This document shows positions 10,030 to 21,700 of a stretch of 64,000 nucleotides of DNA, in pieces. Source of the stretch: Acidobacteriota bacterium. Its GTDB lineage: Bacteria; Acidobacteriota; UBA6911; RPQK01; JAJDTT01. The notes under the pieces were generated by a model, which saw only the letters and a list, made by a program, of their open reading frames with translations, was not told where the DNA came from and ran no database searches. Every line of letters starts with the position of its first letter. Position 1 is the first letter of the stretch. The DNA is taken from assembly GCA_965263035.1 (NCBI GenBank), contig OZ253580.1, forward strand, positions 4,960,001-5,024,000, in the 5' to 3' direction. Made by a program: the position numbers and the translations under genes.

Positions 10030-12156
10030 ATGAAGTCGAATGCAGCACCTCTTCTGTTTTGCGTCATGTCGGTTATGACGACGGTAGACGCTTCGGCTGA
10101 GTTCAAGGCTGGGGCGGCGGTCGTGGACGTGACACCCCTGCAGCTCCCTGTTGTCGTCAACGGCGGTCTTGTCAGCCGCACCGTCGACGAGGTGAAAACC
10201 CCATTGAATTCACGGGCGATCGTGCTCGACGATGGCCGAGTGCGTCTCGGTATTGTGGTTGTCGATAGTTGCTTGATGCAGCGTCCGTTCTTGGATGAGG
10301 TGAAGCAACTGGCGGCGCGGCGAACCAAGATCCGAGCCGATCGAATGCTGATCTCGGCGACGCATACGCACTCCGCGCCGTCGGTCGCGGATAGCATGGT
10401 GCACCCGGAGCCGACTTATTTGCCGTATCTTCCGGGGAGGATCGCTCGAGCTCTGGCCGAGGCGGAAGCGAACCTCGAACCCGCTCAAGTGGGCTGGGCC
10501 GTCGTGAACGCCGAGAAATTCACGGCCTTGCGGCGCTGGATTCGCCGGCCGGATCGAATTGCCAACGACGTGTTCGGCAACCCCACCGTGCGCGCGAACA
10601 TGCACGCCGCCAGCAACTGGGACGACGTAACGGGCCCCTCCGGGCCGGAGGATCCCGAGCTGTCGCTGATTTCGTTTCAATCGCTCGAGGGCCGCCCGAT
10701 CGCGGTGCTGGCCAACTTTTCCATGCACTACTTTTCGGGTGAGCAGGGTCTCAGCGCGGACTACTTCGGATTGTTCTGCGAAGGGCTGAAGTCCCGTCTT
10801 GCCGACCACCATGGCGACAGCGATCCGCCCTTCGTCGGGATCATGTCACACGGCTGCAGCGGCGATATCTGGCGACGCGACTACGCAAGACCCCCGTCCT
10901 CCAGGTATGAGCCTACGATCGAAGGTTACTCGGCGGAGATGGTGGACATCGTCCTGGGTGCCTATGGCACGATCGAATATCGCGAGGATGTGGACTTGGC
11001 CATGGCTGAGAGGCGACTGGAACTCAAGTATCGTGTCCCGGACGAACAGCGCCTGGAGTGGGCCCGTCGGATCGTGGAAGCGATGGGAGATCGGATACCC
11101 AAGGTGAGCGTGGAAGCCTACGCCCGTGAGCAAATCGTAATGCACGAACGGCAGTCGACCGAAATCGTGGTCCAGGCCCTCCGCATCGGCGACATCGCAG
11201 TCGCAACGACTCCCACTGAAACCTATGCCCTCACAGGCTTGAAGCTGAAGCTGCAAAGCCCGCTGCCGAAGACCATGGTCATGGACTTGGCCAACGGCGC
11301 GGATGGCTACATTCCGCCACCCGAACAGCATGTTCTTGGAGGCTACAACACCTGGGCGAAACGCGGGGCCGGACTGGAGATCGAGGCCGAGCCGAAAATC
11401 ACCGAAGTCGCCCTCCAGCTGTTGGAAAAAGTGGCCGCGCGGCCCCGGCATCCGTACCAACAGAGCCGAGGTCCCGCCTTCGACGTCCTCCTGAAAGCCG
11501 GTCCGGCGGCCTACTGGCGACTCGATGAATTCACTGGTTCCCGTGCCCTGGATTCGTCCGGTCAGGATCGTGACGCGCTGTACGAGCCGGGTGTGGCGTT
11601 CTTCCTCGAGGGTCCGCGTTCGGAGACCTTCTGCAGGGAAAATGAGCAGAATCGAGCGGCCCACTTTGCGGGAGGACGGCTGCGGGCACGAATTGCCGAC
11701 CTGGGTGAACAGTATTCCGTGGCCCTCTGGTTCTGGAATGGCATGCCGGCAGATGCTCGCAAGATCACCGGCTGGATGTTCTCGCGTGGCCGCGACCATG
11801 GTCTGGAAGGCGACCACCTCGGCCTGGGAGGCACGAGTCAGCCGGGAAAACTTATCTACCTCCGCGGTGAGAACGGCGAGGGAGGAAAGCTGGTGGCGGG
11901 TCGTACGGAGATTCAGCGCTGGAGTTGGAATCAGGTTGTGTTCGTACGCGACGATGAAACAGTGCGGGTTCATTTGAATGGCAGGCGCCAGCCCGAGATC
12001 GAGACCGAGTCACCCGCAGATTTTCCCGTCCCGTTTGACCACTTGTTCTTCGGCGGCCGCTGCGACAATCAGTCCAATTGGGAAGGCCGCCTGGATGAGG
12101 TGGCGGTGTTCGACCGGGCACTGTCGGCGGAAGAAATAGAGATAATGGCTCATTGA
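10030..12156 (+). CDS. Neutral/alkaline ceramidase-like hydrolase fused to a LamG (ConA-like) domain
   Basis: AGGAGG RBS before ATG 10030; ISATHTHSAP, LANFSMHY, GCSGD, LANGADGYIPP; C-terminal AYWRLDE...GRLDEVAVFDRALSAEEI. Confidence 0.8.
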   Translation: MKSNAAPLLFCVMSVMTTVDASAEFKAGAAVVDVTPLQLPVVVNGGLVSRTVDEVKTPLNSRAIVLDDGRVRLGIVVVDSCLMQRPFLDEVKQLAARRTKIRADRMLISATHTHSAPSVADSMVHPEPTYLPYLPGRIARALAEAEANLEPAQVGWAVVNAEKFTALRRWIRRPDRIANDVFGNPTVRANMHAASNWDDVTGPSGPEDPELSLISFQSLEGRPIAVLANFSMHYFSGEQGLSADYFGLFCEGLKSRLADHHGDSDPPFVGIMSHGCSGDIWRRDYARPPSSRYEPTIEGYSAEMVDIVLGAYGTIEYREDVDLAMAERRLELKYRVPDEQRLEWARRIVEAMGDRIPKVSVEAYAREQIVMHERQSTEIVVQALRIGDIAVATTPTETYALTGLKLKLQSPLPKTMVMDLANGADGYIPPPEQHVLGGYNTWAKRGAGLEIEAEPKITEVALQLLEKVAARPRHPYQQSRGPAFDVLLKAGPAAYWRLDEFTGSRALDSSGQDRDALYEPGVAFFLEGPRSETFCRENEQNRAAHFAGGRLRARIADLGEQYSVALWFWNGMPADARKITGWMFSRGRDHGLEGDHLGLGGTSQPGKLIYLRGENGEGGKLVAGRTEIQRWSWNQVVFVRDDETVRVHLNGRRQPEIETESPADFPVPFDHLFFGGRCDNQSNWEGRLDEVAVFDRALSAEEIEIMAH

Positions 12157-12237
12157 TCGCCAACCGGACCGTGTCTTCACTCCTCCACCAACTGGAAGGC
12201 GAAGAGCCTGGCCTCGTCCGGATGGGATTTCAGTTGA

Positions 12238-13806
12238 ATGGATTTGCCAATGAACCAGATAAGAAGAAGAGAGTTCCTACAATCTACGGCACTGGGGCTC
12301 ACAGCCCTGGCTCCCTCGACTTCCTTCGCCGGAAAGCGACAGCAGAAAACCTTGATCGACATCGGCTCGCGGCGAGAGCTGTTTGTCGATAACTTTCTGA
12401 TCGAACGATTGGAGGGGAAGGCCGAACCGCGGCTGCACCACCCAATTCCGCGTGAGATCGCACTTGTCCACGATGCGCCTTGGGAAGGCACCAGCAGTGG
12501 TTACCATACCGTTTTTCAGGATGGCGACCTCTACCGGATGTACTATCGCGGGTCACAGCTCGAAGTGAAAGACGGCCGGCTCATCACGGATCGCCACAAA
12601 ACGGTCTATTGCTATGCGGAGAGCCGGGACGGAATCGGTTGGACGAAACCGATCCTCGGTCTGATTGAGTTCAACGGTTCGAAGCAGAACAACATCGTGT
12701 GGGACGGTGTGGGCATTCATAACTTCACACCGTTCAAGGACATTCGCCCGAACTGTCCTGCCGAGGCCCGCTACAAGGCGCTGGGCGGACTCCGAGCCGA
12801 AGGCGGCCTGTTTGCGTTCAAGTCGCCCGACGGCATCCACTGGTCGCTGATCAGCGACAAACCGGTCATTACCAACGGAGCGTTCGATTCACAGAATCTG
12901 GCTTTCTGGGATCCGACACTGGGGAAGTACCGGGCTTACTGGCGGACTTTCACGGCGGGGATCACCACGGAAAAGGTCTGGAAGCCGGCCGGGCACCGAG
13001 CCATCCGCACGGGATCATCCAGCGACTTCCTCAACTGGGGTGACGAAGCCGACCTGACCTACGAGGACTCGCCCGACGAGCATCTCTACACGAATCAAAT
13101 CAAACCCTATTACCGGGCACCGCACATCCTGATTGGCTTTCCAGTGCGTTATACGGAACGTGGCTGGTCCGATTCGATGCGTGCCTTGCCGGAGCGTGAA
13201 CACCGCGAACTGCGAGCCAAGGCCCACCTGCGATACGGTACGGCGATCACGGAAGGGCTGCTCATGGCCAGCCGGGACGGCGTCAGATTCAAACGGTGGA
13301 ACGAAGCCTTCCTGCGTCCCGGAATCGAGCGGCAGGACACCTGGAACTATAGCCATCAATTCACGGCTTGGCATGTCGTCGAAACGAAGTCGGCACTCAA
13401 AGGAGCGCCGAACGAACTGTCTCTGTACGCGAAGGAGGGTGGCTGGACCGGGACCAGCAGTGCGATGCGGCGTTACACGCTTCGCCTCGACGGCTTCGTC
13501 TCGGTGAGTGCCTCCATGAGCGGCGGCCAACTGGTGACGAAACCGCTGACCTTCTCAGGAAAAGAACTTCACCTGAACTTCGCCACCTCCGGAGCTGGAA
13601 GTATCCGCGTCGCTCTGCGACATCCCGATGGATCGCCGCTACCAGGATTCTCGATGGCGGACTGCAATGAAGTCTTCGGTGACACGCATGACCGTGCTGT
13701 CACCTGGAAATCCGGCAGGGATGTCGGCAGGTTGGCCGAAAAGCCGGTCCGGCTGCATTTCCAACTGAAAGATGCGGATCTGTATGCGTTTCAGTTTGTG
13801 GATTGA
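12238..13806 (+). CDS. Tat-exported GH32-like beta-propeller protein (paralog 3; close paralog of 4741-6306)
   Basis: RRREFL twin-arginine motif; long blocks shared with paralog 2 (KSPDGIHWSL, FWDPT, YRAYWRTFT, FKRWNE, LRLDGFVS, LYAFQFV). Confidence 0.75.
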   Translation: MDLPMNQIRRREFLQSTALGLTALAPSTSFAGKRQQKTLIDIGSRRELFVDNFLIERLEGKAEPRLHHPIPREIALVHDAPWEGTSSGYHTVFQDGDLYRMYYRGSQLEVKDGRLITDRHKTVYCYAESRDGIGWTKPILGLIEFNGSKQNNIVWDGVGIHNFTPFKDIRPNCPAEARYKALGGLRAEGGLFAFKSPDGIHWSLISDKPVITNGAFDSQNLAFWDPTLGKYRAYWRTFTAGITTEKVWKPAGHRAIRTGSSSDFLNWGDEADLTYEDSPDEHLYTNQIKPYYRAPHILIGFPVRYTERGWSDSMRALPEREHRELRAKAHLRYGTAITEGLLMASRDGVRFKRWNEAFLRPGIERQDTWNYSHQFTAWHVVETKSALKGAPNELSLYAKEGGWTGTSSAMRRYTLRLDGFVSVSASMSGGQLVTKPLTFSGKELHLNFATSGAGSIRVALRHPDGSPLPGFSMADCNEVFGDTHDRAVTWKSGRDVGRLAEKPVRLHFQLKDADLYAFQFVD

Positions 13807-13824
13807 CGAGCTCCATGCCCTTGA

Positions 13825-14904
13825 TCAGGGCGTTTGTTTTTCCAGGCGCCATCCCGATCCGTCAACGCTGAGGGCGCGGTGGCCCTTATAGCGGTCATTC
13901 AGGGCGTGCATTTCCTCGATGCTGTCAAAGTAGCCGACGATGAAGGCAGCGCTGAAGGATTCGCCGGCCTTGATCGGCCGGCCCCCAATCTCCTCGATGA
14001 AGATCACAATCCCGGGCCGCTGGTTGCACCACGCCTCGTAGACGACGGAGGGTTCGAGCGTGATACCTGCCAGCCACGGACCCTGTTTGCCCGTTTTCGG
14101 GTCGCGCAAGCGGTAGGCGCGGATGAAATGCTCCGGCATTTCGTGCGTGTCTCGCCGGTAGTTGAATTTTTCATCGGGCGGGAAGACGTCGTAGAACTCG
14201 CTGGGCGGGATACGGAGCCCGTCCGAACCACCCAGGTAACTGAGGTAGATCTCGCTGAACGTCTCGCCGCGCTGGTGGCGGACACAGCCCGGCAGGTCGA
14301 TGCGGAGGAACATTTCGTCCGAGTCGTTGACGCTGTCGATTCTGTCCATCGAGAAGAAGTAGCGCTTGCCTTTCGGGAACACCAGTAGCTGAGTCCATTG
14401 CGATCCGGCGTTGTAGCCGGGAGCGGCGTACTCGTAGCGGTAGGTCGTCTTTACGGCGACGAAATCCTTGCCCCGGATCACCTGGGGTTGGACCGGCTTC
14501 ATCCTGTGGCAGAGCTGGGGCCCCTCGATGATGCGCTTGGCCCGCTTACCGTGGTTGTCGTTGTTGTACAGATAACGAACCGTCTTTGTACCTTGCTCCT
14601 GCCAGGCCTCGTCGCTGCCGGGCTCCATGATCCAGTCCACAATGCAGAGCCCGTCGCCGGCTTCGCGGAAGCCGGTGCTCTTATCGAGAAACGATCCCTT
14701 TTCGATGCCGGTCATCCACTGCTTGGGGTTCTTCTTGGGGATGACGGCTTCGAGTTTGCCGGTCTCGATCTTGATGGTGTTGTCGTCCTCGGTAATGCGC
14801 GCCCACGGCCCCATGCCCGCCGGTTCGGCCAGCAGCGTTCCGGCGCTGGCCAGCGCCATGAGAGTCAGGACAATCAGTGGTTTGGATGAGCGATGGGTTG
14901 GCAT
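13825..14904 (-). CDS. Exported hypothetical protein
   Basis: Signal peptide after ATG 14904; long ORF with natural composition; no family recognised. Confidence 0.7.
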   Translation of the reverse strand: MPTHRSSKPLIVLTLMALASAGTLLAEPAGMGPWARITEDDNTIKIETGKLEAVIPKKNPKQWMTGIEKGSFLDKSTGFREAGDGLCIVDWIMEPGSDEAWQEQGTKTVRYLYNNDNHGKRAKRIIEGPQLCHRMKPVQPQVIRGKDFVAVKTTYRYEYAAPGYNAGSQWTQLLVFPKGKRYFFSMDRIDSVNDSDEMFLRIDLPGCVRHQRGETFSEIYLSYLGGSDGLRIPPSEFYDVFPPDEKFNYRRDTHEMPEHFIRAYRLRDPKTGKQGPWLAGITLEPSVVYEAWCNQRPGIVIFIEEIGGRPIKAGESFSAAFIVGYFDSIEEMHALNDRYKGHRALSVDGSGWRLEKQTP

Positions 14905-15061
14905 GGATGTTTCCCTTGTAGTTTTGGCAGGCGTCACGCGGACCCGTCAAGCTGCCTGAGCACTTGTTTCAAAACCGGACGGTCACCATCTGGTTCATAT
15001 CCTCGTCGAAAGAGCAACTGCTTCGACGGAACTTCTGATCCGGAGTTCGGGACCGGACAGG

Positions 15062-16768
15062 GTGGTGAGGTATACTGTCGATAATCCAACGGTCGAAATG
15101 GAAGTCCTGTTGAAGGCCGCGCTAAGTTCCATGTCTCTTCCGGGTCGGCGGCTGGTCTGTGCAGCGCTTTTTGTGCTCGGCCTCATTTATTGTGCTCACT
15201 CGAGCCGCGAGGCCTCCCTTTCAGTTCGCATCCTCGATGCCGGCACCGGTCAACCCACGCCGGTGCGGGTCTTGCTGACGGACTCGGACGGCAACACTCC
15301 CCGGGTCACGGGCGCCTTGGCGGTCTCGGAATCTGCGCTCCCCATCCCGGACGCCGCCATTCCGGTCATGTACGGGCGCTACGATCGCGCGGAAGGGTAT
15401 CTGCTTCAGCCCGACGGCTCCTTCTATGTCGACGGGTCCTTCGAGGCGCAACTGCCCGCGGGGTCCTATTCGCTCAAGCTGTCCAAGGGATATGAGTTCG
15501 TTGCGCAAACCGTGAAGCTCGATCTCGACCCGGGCGAGAGCCTTTCCCGAGAGTACAAGCTGGAGCGATGGATCGACATGCCCGGGCGTGGCTGGTACTC
15601 GGGGGACGATCACATTCACCTGCGGCGGTCGCCGCGCGACGATCCGGCCATTCTTCGCTGGACGGCGGCAGAGGATGTGCACGTGGCGCATCTTCTCCAA
15701 ATGGGGGATTTCTGGGCGACTTATTACTCTCAATATGCTTGGGGCGGCAGGGGCCGCTACCGCGAAGGGGACTACATCCTCTCGCCCGGTCAGGAAGGCC
15801 CCCGGACGCCCGAGATCGGTCACACGATTTCGCTCGGCGCGGAAGAGTTCGTTCGATTTCGGGACGATTACTATAACTACGGCCGTGTTTTCGACCAGGT
15901 ACACGAACTGGGAGGCATTACCGGCTTCGCCCATCAAGCGATGACCTTTCACGGTTATCGTGGAATGACACTCAACGTATTGCGAGGGAAGCTCGACTTT
16001 CTCGAGGTGATGCAGTTCTGTCCACAGGAAGGGCCGCTGGCGCTGCAGCACTATTATCATTTCCTGGATCTTGGATATCAGCTTACGGCGTTAGGTGGCT
16101 CGGACTTTCCCTGGTGTGGGCGAGGACCTCGCTTCGGCCTGGAAGAGGGGTGTTCGCAGATCGGCGACGCCCGGTTTTATACCTATACCGGCGACAGCCT
16201 CTCGTTTGACCGCTGGCTGCAGGGCGTAAAGGCAGGCCGCACCTTCGTTACCAGCGGACCGATGCTGGAGTTTACGGTGAACGGCCGGCTTCCCGGCGAG
16301 ACGCTGGATGTCGAATCGGGCACTGGTATAAGGATCTCAGCCAAAGCCTACGGGCAGGCGTCTCAAATCCCCTTACGTCAACTGGAAATCGTAGGACATT
16401 CCAAAACGCTGAAGAAAGTCTCTGCAGGGGAGCCGGGCCAGAGTGAAGAGTTGCTTTCTATCGAGATGGAGCTGCCGGTGCAACGTGGGATCTGGGTCGC
16501 CGCCCGGACCGATGCCGCCCACACCCAAGTCGCCCATACGACGCCAGTCTACGTCAGAGTGAACGGAGCGAGCTTCCACAACCCGGCAACGGCTGATCGC
16601 TACCTCGAGCTTTGTCGCAGCTACCTGAAGGAGTTGGAAGAGGATCTGGCCCATCCGGAGGAAAGAAACGGCAACCAAGCCGTCCGACACAAACAGAACC
16701 TGGAACGGCAGATCATTGAAACCAGAACCGCGCTCAAGCACTTGGCTTCGCGTCTGGGCCGGGAATGA
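15062..16768 (+). CDS. CehA/McbA family metallohydrolase (PHP-like); start uncertain
   Basis: GWYSGDDHIH, GFAH, ALGGSDFP, GRTFVTSGPML, AHTTPVYV motifs. Confidence 0.8.
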   Translation: MVRYTVDNPTVEMEVLLKAALSSMSLPGRRLVCAALFVLGLIYCAHSSREASLSVRILDAGTGQPTPVRVLLTDSDGNTPRVTGALAVSESALPIPDAAIPVMYGRYDRAEGYLLQPDGSFYVDGSFEAQLPAGSYSLKLSKGYEFVAQTVKLDLDPGESLSREYKLERWIDMPGRGWYSGDDHIHLRRSPRDDPAILRWTAAEDVHVAHLLQMGDFWATYYSQYAWGGRGRYREGDYILSPGQEGPRTPEIGHTISLGAEEFVRFRDDYYNYGRVFDQVHELGGITGFAHQAMTFHGYRGMTLNVLRGKLDFLEVMQFCPQEGPLALQHYYHFLDLGYQLTALGGSDFPWCGRGPRFGLEEGCSQIGDARFYTYTGDSLSFDRWLQGVKAGRTFVTSGPMLEFTVNGRLPGETLDVESGTGIRISAKAYGQASQIPLRQLEIVGHSKTLKKVSAGEPGQSEELLSIEMELPVQRGIWVAARTDAAHTQVAHTTPVYVRVNGASFHNPATADRYLELCRSYLKELEEDLAHPEERNGNQAVRHKQNLERQIIETRTALKHLASRLGRE

Positions 16769-16828
16769 CTTTGCTCGGGGCTTTGAACGCAATGCACCTA
16801 CCGCTCGGACTTCTTGCCGGAGGCCCTT

Positions 16829-18505
16829 TCACTGCCTGAACTGGAAGGCGTACAGGTCGGTATCATTCATGACGAACCGGAGTCGGATCGGCTTTCCGGC
16901 GAGACGACTCAGGTCCGACTGCCGGTGCCAGGTGACGATCCGGTTCATCTCGTTGGTGGTGTGAATACGGTCGCAGTCCGCCAGTCGAAAACCTTCCAGG
17001 GGATTGTCGAACTCGTCCAGTATTTCTACCCTGAGCGTGCCTAAGGCTGAGGTGTCGACGTTTAAGACCAGCTCCCTACCCTCAAATTTCAGGAGGGGGG
17101 TGGTAAACTGCCCTCCCGGGTACGATGCTCGAACGGAGATAAACCCGTCCCTCCGCAGAACCAGCCGACTGAGGGCTCGAATATTCTGAACGGGACCCAG
17201 CCCCTCCCTTCGAACCGCTTCGCTTTGAGGCTGAAAGCCCCAGGCATGTATCTGATCGCTGCCGCTGTAGTACATGTACATCTCGCGCCCGTTGAGAGCG
17301 GGAACCAGGCCGAGAATCATGTAATTGGACTTTGAATCGAATTCGCCTTTCATGCCCAAGTCCACAAAGGCGCGGCGGTCGTATCGGTGCCAGTCAATGC
17401 CATCCCGACTTGCTGCAAAACGGATGTCCAGTGGTCCCGTGTTGGCAGCCGTCTGACCTTCCCGAGGCATGGTCTCTCCTTTCTTGTCCCAGAAAGATTC
17501 GAAATCGAAGACTGAATCGTTTTCGAATTCGCGGAGGAACCTGCTGTGGTAGTGGTAATAGGCCGAGGGGAACATGTAGTAAGCATCCTGGGCCCAGGGA
17601 TACTTCACAGTGGCATTCGTATACAAATCCATGACCTGGACATTACGGTCTTCCCTCGAATCGTAGTGGTGGGGATCCAAGTGATCGACAGCCAGTACGA
17701 CGGGCGTAACCTCGGCATTCATGAACCGTTCGAGATGGTCCGATTCGCTGCGGGCCACGGCCCTGCCCTGTGATCCGGGAGGACGCAGATTTCGGCGGAT
17801 GTAGGCTGCATATTTGTGGATGCGATCATCCCAAAAGATCACATTTGGGGAATCCAGGTGGTGCTTCTTCGACTCGAAAACGATGACGGATTTGCGGGTG
17901 AGGCTCCAGTGGATTCCGTCTGGGGAAGAAAACAGGTGCAGGGCGGAAGCGGGGAGCGCAGGGGGGTTTCTGACGTAAGCCAACTGGCGAAATCTCTCTT
18001 CGGCAACTGCGTTGGGGTCCAGAAACACAGTGGTGCCGATGAGTCCCTCTTTGACGCCTCCGGCACCGTAGCCAAGAACGATGTTGTTCTCCGTGCTTCC
18101 GAAGATCTCAGCCAGACCCAGCATGGGCTTTTCCCAGTGAATCCCGTCCTGGGAGCGTGCATAAGCCAGACTCTGAAACCTCCCTTTATTCCACATCGGT
18201 TCGCCGGTGTCGGGATCCCTCTTCTTGGGAGCCCTGGCGCTGTACCAGAGGTGGTAGACATCCCCTGCCTTGATGACGGTGGAGGAGCCGGAAATTACGG
18301 TTTCCCAGGGGTGTTCCGGCGCAATCGTGATCTGGTTCGTCTTGATCGGCTGGTGAACGACCAACTCGACGCCCTCCGAAACCTCCAGCAAGCGCCCGTC
18401 GATGAACACCTGCCTTCGGCTGGCGACATCCAGAAGGTTGTTCCGGGCAGGCAGAACCGTCTGAGCCATCAGCATGGCCAGCAGTGCAAACCATATTGTT
18501 CGCAT
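16829..18505 (-). CDS. Secreted GH32-like beta-propeller protein (paralog 4)
   Basis: ATG 18505 with GGAAGGAG upstream and a signal peptide; RQVFID, YARSQDGIHWEKP, LRRDGFIS, LYAFQF. The ORF-track extension to 18757 is MITE sequence. Confidence 0.75.
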   Translation of the reverse strand: MRTIWFALLAMLMAQTVLPARNNLLDVASRRQVFIDGRLLEVSEGVELVVHQPIKTNQITIAPEHPWETVISGSSTVIKAGDVYHLWYSARAPKKRDPDTGEPMWNKGRFQSLAYARSQDGIHWEKPMLGLAEIFGSTENNIVLGYGAGGVKEGLIGTTVFLDPNAVAEERFRQLAYVRNPPALPASALHLFSSPDGIHWSLTRKSVIVFESKKHHLDSPNVIFWDDRIHKYAAYIRRNLRPPGSQGRAVARSESDHLERFMNAEVTPVVLAVDHLDPHHYDSREDRNVQVMDLYTNATVKYPWAQDAYYMFPSAYYHYHSRFLREFENDSVFDFESFWDKKGETMPREGQTAANTGPLDIRFAASRDGIDWHRYDRRAFVDLGMKGEFDSKSNYMILGLVPALNGREMYMYYSGSDQIHAWGFQPQSEAVRREGLGPVQNIRALSRLVLRRDGFISVRASYPGGQFTTPLLKFEGRELVLNVDTSALGTLRVEILDEFDNPLEGFRLADCDRIHTTNEMNRIVTWHRQSDLSRLAGKPIRLRFVMNDTDLYAFQFRQ

Positions 18506-18552
18506 TCCAAGTCTCCTTCCAATCCCAGGGAGCAAACCTGTCGGGGCGCACC

Positions 18553-18592
18553 AAAAAAAGCCGGCCATCAGATCTGACAGCCGGCTTTTTTC
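18553..18592. terminator. Putative bidirectional intrinsic terminator downstream of the TonB receptor
   Basis: AAAAAAAGCCGGC-loop-GCCGGCTTTTTT. Confidence 0.55.
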
Positions 18593-18605
18593 TTGCCGGT
18601 TATAA

Positions 18606-18763
18606 CAGCCCGTGGTGAAAGTCCCGCGAGCACCGAGACCGTTCCTGCGCCCGCCGGACAAGGCGCGACGAGGGAGCATACCGGGAGTATGTGACCGAGT
18701 CGCAACGCAGTCCGCCGGGATGCAGGGACGGTCGAATGCCGTGACGACTTTTGCCACGGGCTG
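18606..18763 (+). mobile_element. MITE-like repeat family A, copy 3
   Basis: CAGCCCGTGGTGAAAGTC...GACTTTTGCCACGGGCTG; flanks ATAA/TTAA. Confidence 0.9.
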
Positions 18764-18781
18764 TTAACCTTGTGTCCCCGA

Positions 18782-21700
18782 TCAGAAAATGAACTTCACA
18801 CCAAACTGGACGATTCGCGGGCCCGAGGAGAAGCCCTGCGTCCCAAACCCGCTGCTCCTGGGGTTGGTATTGACCGCGTTGCGGTAGCCGCCCCAGAAGT
18901 AGTGCGAATTGAGGAGATTATAGGCTTCCAACCGAAACTGGGCTTGAAACCGTTCACCGATGAAAGTGTTCTTGACAAGAGTCAACCCCACGTCCGTGGG
19001 CGCCATATCCCGGACCCCGGAAAGACGAAGGGGAAAGGTGCGCAGATTGAAGGCGGGCTGTTTGGCGGAGCTCCTCTCAAACCCGGCATTCTGGTTGAAC
19101 ATTCGCGTCGCCTCATGCTGGCCGACCGGGATTTTCTTGATGTCGCCCCGGAAAATAATATTCCCCCATTTCATGGGGATTCCACTTTGCGCGAACCCAA
19201 TGAAGGTTGCACTCCACCCACTGATCAGGTGACTGGCAAGGCCCGAATTGGGTCCAAAGCGCTGGCCCTTGCCGAAGGGGAAGCTGAAGGTGCCCGCAAA
19301 GCGAAGGACATGGGGACGGTCGTTAATGCCGATCGTCCTTTCCGGCGCCGGGTCAATTCCGAAACCGTTGAGGAACTGCAGTTCCTCCATGGTCTTACCC
19401 CAGGTGTAACTGCTCTGAACGTCCCAGCCCCAAAGGTCCTGTGCCCGGAATTCCATCTGCAGGGCGTTGTAGTCAGTCGAGCCGACCTTGTCGGCCCACG
19501 AGCGAAGCCCCGTAATATGGGGAAAAGGTCGCAGCAGAGCCTGCCGTTGGATTGTCGACGCCACTCCCAGAGAACCACCCACACCCTCAACTCCCTGGAA
19601 CGGGTTCGGGACCCGCGCCGTCATGTAGTCGATATGGGCCTGATCCCGCTCTATCGATCTGGTCAAGTACTGCCCCGGCAGCCGGTTATGGTCGTTATTG
19701 GCAATGCCGAAGTCCCTCGTCCGGTTCCCCACATAGCGCACTTCCAGGGTGGCGTTGGGCGACAATCTGCGCTGGATGCCCAACTGAAACTGGTGAGCAT
19801 AGGGGTTTGTGGTACTTCGATCGAGCCCGTGGTTCATCCAGATGAGCTGGCCCAGATTGGTCATCAGTCCATTGCTGGACCCCCTGGGTTGGTTTAAGCC
19901 ACCCGGGAAGAGATCGTCCAGAGAGCCTGAAAAGGTCAAGCCTCCGTCGGTGCTGGAAAAGGCGAATGTGCTCGTGTCGAATCCGGCAATCGGAAAACGG
20001 GCAGCGAAGTGACGCTGGTTCAGGGGGATGAAAGTACGCGAGTAGCCGCCTTTCAGGACCGTGTTGTCATTCAAACGGTAGGCCGCGCCGATCCGCGGAG
20101 AAAAGTTGTTATTGTCAGAGTCGTAGACGGTGCGGGGTTCTCCATCAACTCCGGCAAAGAGCACGCCTCCCATCAGCCGAAACTGATCCGCCGGGATTTC
20201 CCGAATCGGGTTCTTGGCATAATTTGCCTGGACCGCTGCCGAGATAGGATTCTCCACGTCAGCCGCCCATCGTGTCAGTGCCTGGTCATGCATCTCGGTG
20301 GGGGGACCTTCGCGCTCCCACCGGAGCCCGAGGTTCAAGGTGAGTCTGGGTGTGACTTTCCAGTCATCTTGGAGATAGATGCCTGTATAGGTGGAATAAT
20401 TCGCATAATCGGCACGTACGTTCCTGTTGGTGGAGGAATGGAGGCCCAACAGAAAGTCTGCCAGACCGTGGCCCCGCGGAGGGGGCGGGGAGTTGTCGAA
20501 GGGACCACTGGAAAATTGACCGGTGAAGAAAGTTCGGGCTTGATCGCTTCGAACGGAGTTGTAGACATAGCCCCTCCATTCGGCCCCAAACCTGAAACTG
20601 TGGTTCCCCGAAATCTGGGTGAAGTGGGCGGAGGCGCTTCGAATCTCATCAACCTGCAGGCCCGGATCGAAATTCGTAAACCCGTTGTGGCCACCGGGAA
20701 GGTTACTCAGCTTGGGGTAACCGGTGATTGAAACATAGGGAAAACCCGTAAACTCGACGTCGACGAACTGGGACATGTTTGTGGGGAGATCCGCCCAGGT
20801 CAGTCCCCCCGCGTTGTTCCGAGCCCTTGAGGTATGCCGATTGTTCGTGGCGCGAAAGTCAGCCACGAAAGTGGGGTTGATGGTCCAAACGTCGCCGACC
20901 GAGAAATTCCAAATCTGGTGTCGCGTACCGTGCACGTCGACGCACTCGCAGCCCGGACCTCCCGGGTGATTGTCGAACATGGTCCACCCGCTGGAAGGAC
21001 CGTCTGAATTGAGATACCTGCCAAACAGTGTGTGCGAATCGTTCAAGTCATGGTCGATTCGAAGAACCGTGTGCCGGTCCGTTCTGGGAAGCGGGGTATA
21101 GCCTTTGTCGTAAAGATAGTTGCGAAAGCCGTCCGGACTCGCCCCACTCGCATTGTTGGGGGCAAGGAAGAACCCGAGGAGGGGTGCCGAAATCGGGTGG
21201 ATGCGACTGGATGGAATGATATTGTTGGGGAAGGGTTGGCGCTCGACTCGCCCCTCCGCGTTCAGAACCGCGGTCATTGGGTCGTAGAGCTGATACTCCG
21301 GGTCCAGTGCCAGCAGGTCCGAAAAGTCGCCGGACTTATGTGCCGCTCTGGGTACGGTTGCCTGAGAGTCACCGAACCTGACCTGTTCCCAATGGGTCCA
21401 GCCCAGAAAGAAGAAGGTCTTGTCCTTGATGACCGGACCTCCTCCTGTAAAACCGTAACGCTTGTAGGGAAAACTGCTTCTATTCTGTCCAGCCCTGTTG
21501 CGGACCCAGCTGTTCGCGTTGAACATGTCATGGCGCCCGAAGTAAAAGGCCTCACCGTGATAGTCATTGGTGCCCGTTTTCATGATGACGTCAACGGTCG
21601 TGCTGCCGGTATGCCCCACACTGGCATCGAAGGTGGTGGTTTGGATGCGCACTTCCTTCACCAGTTCCGTGGTCGCATTGAAGGAAACGGCACCGCCGTC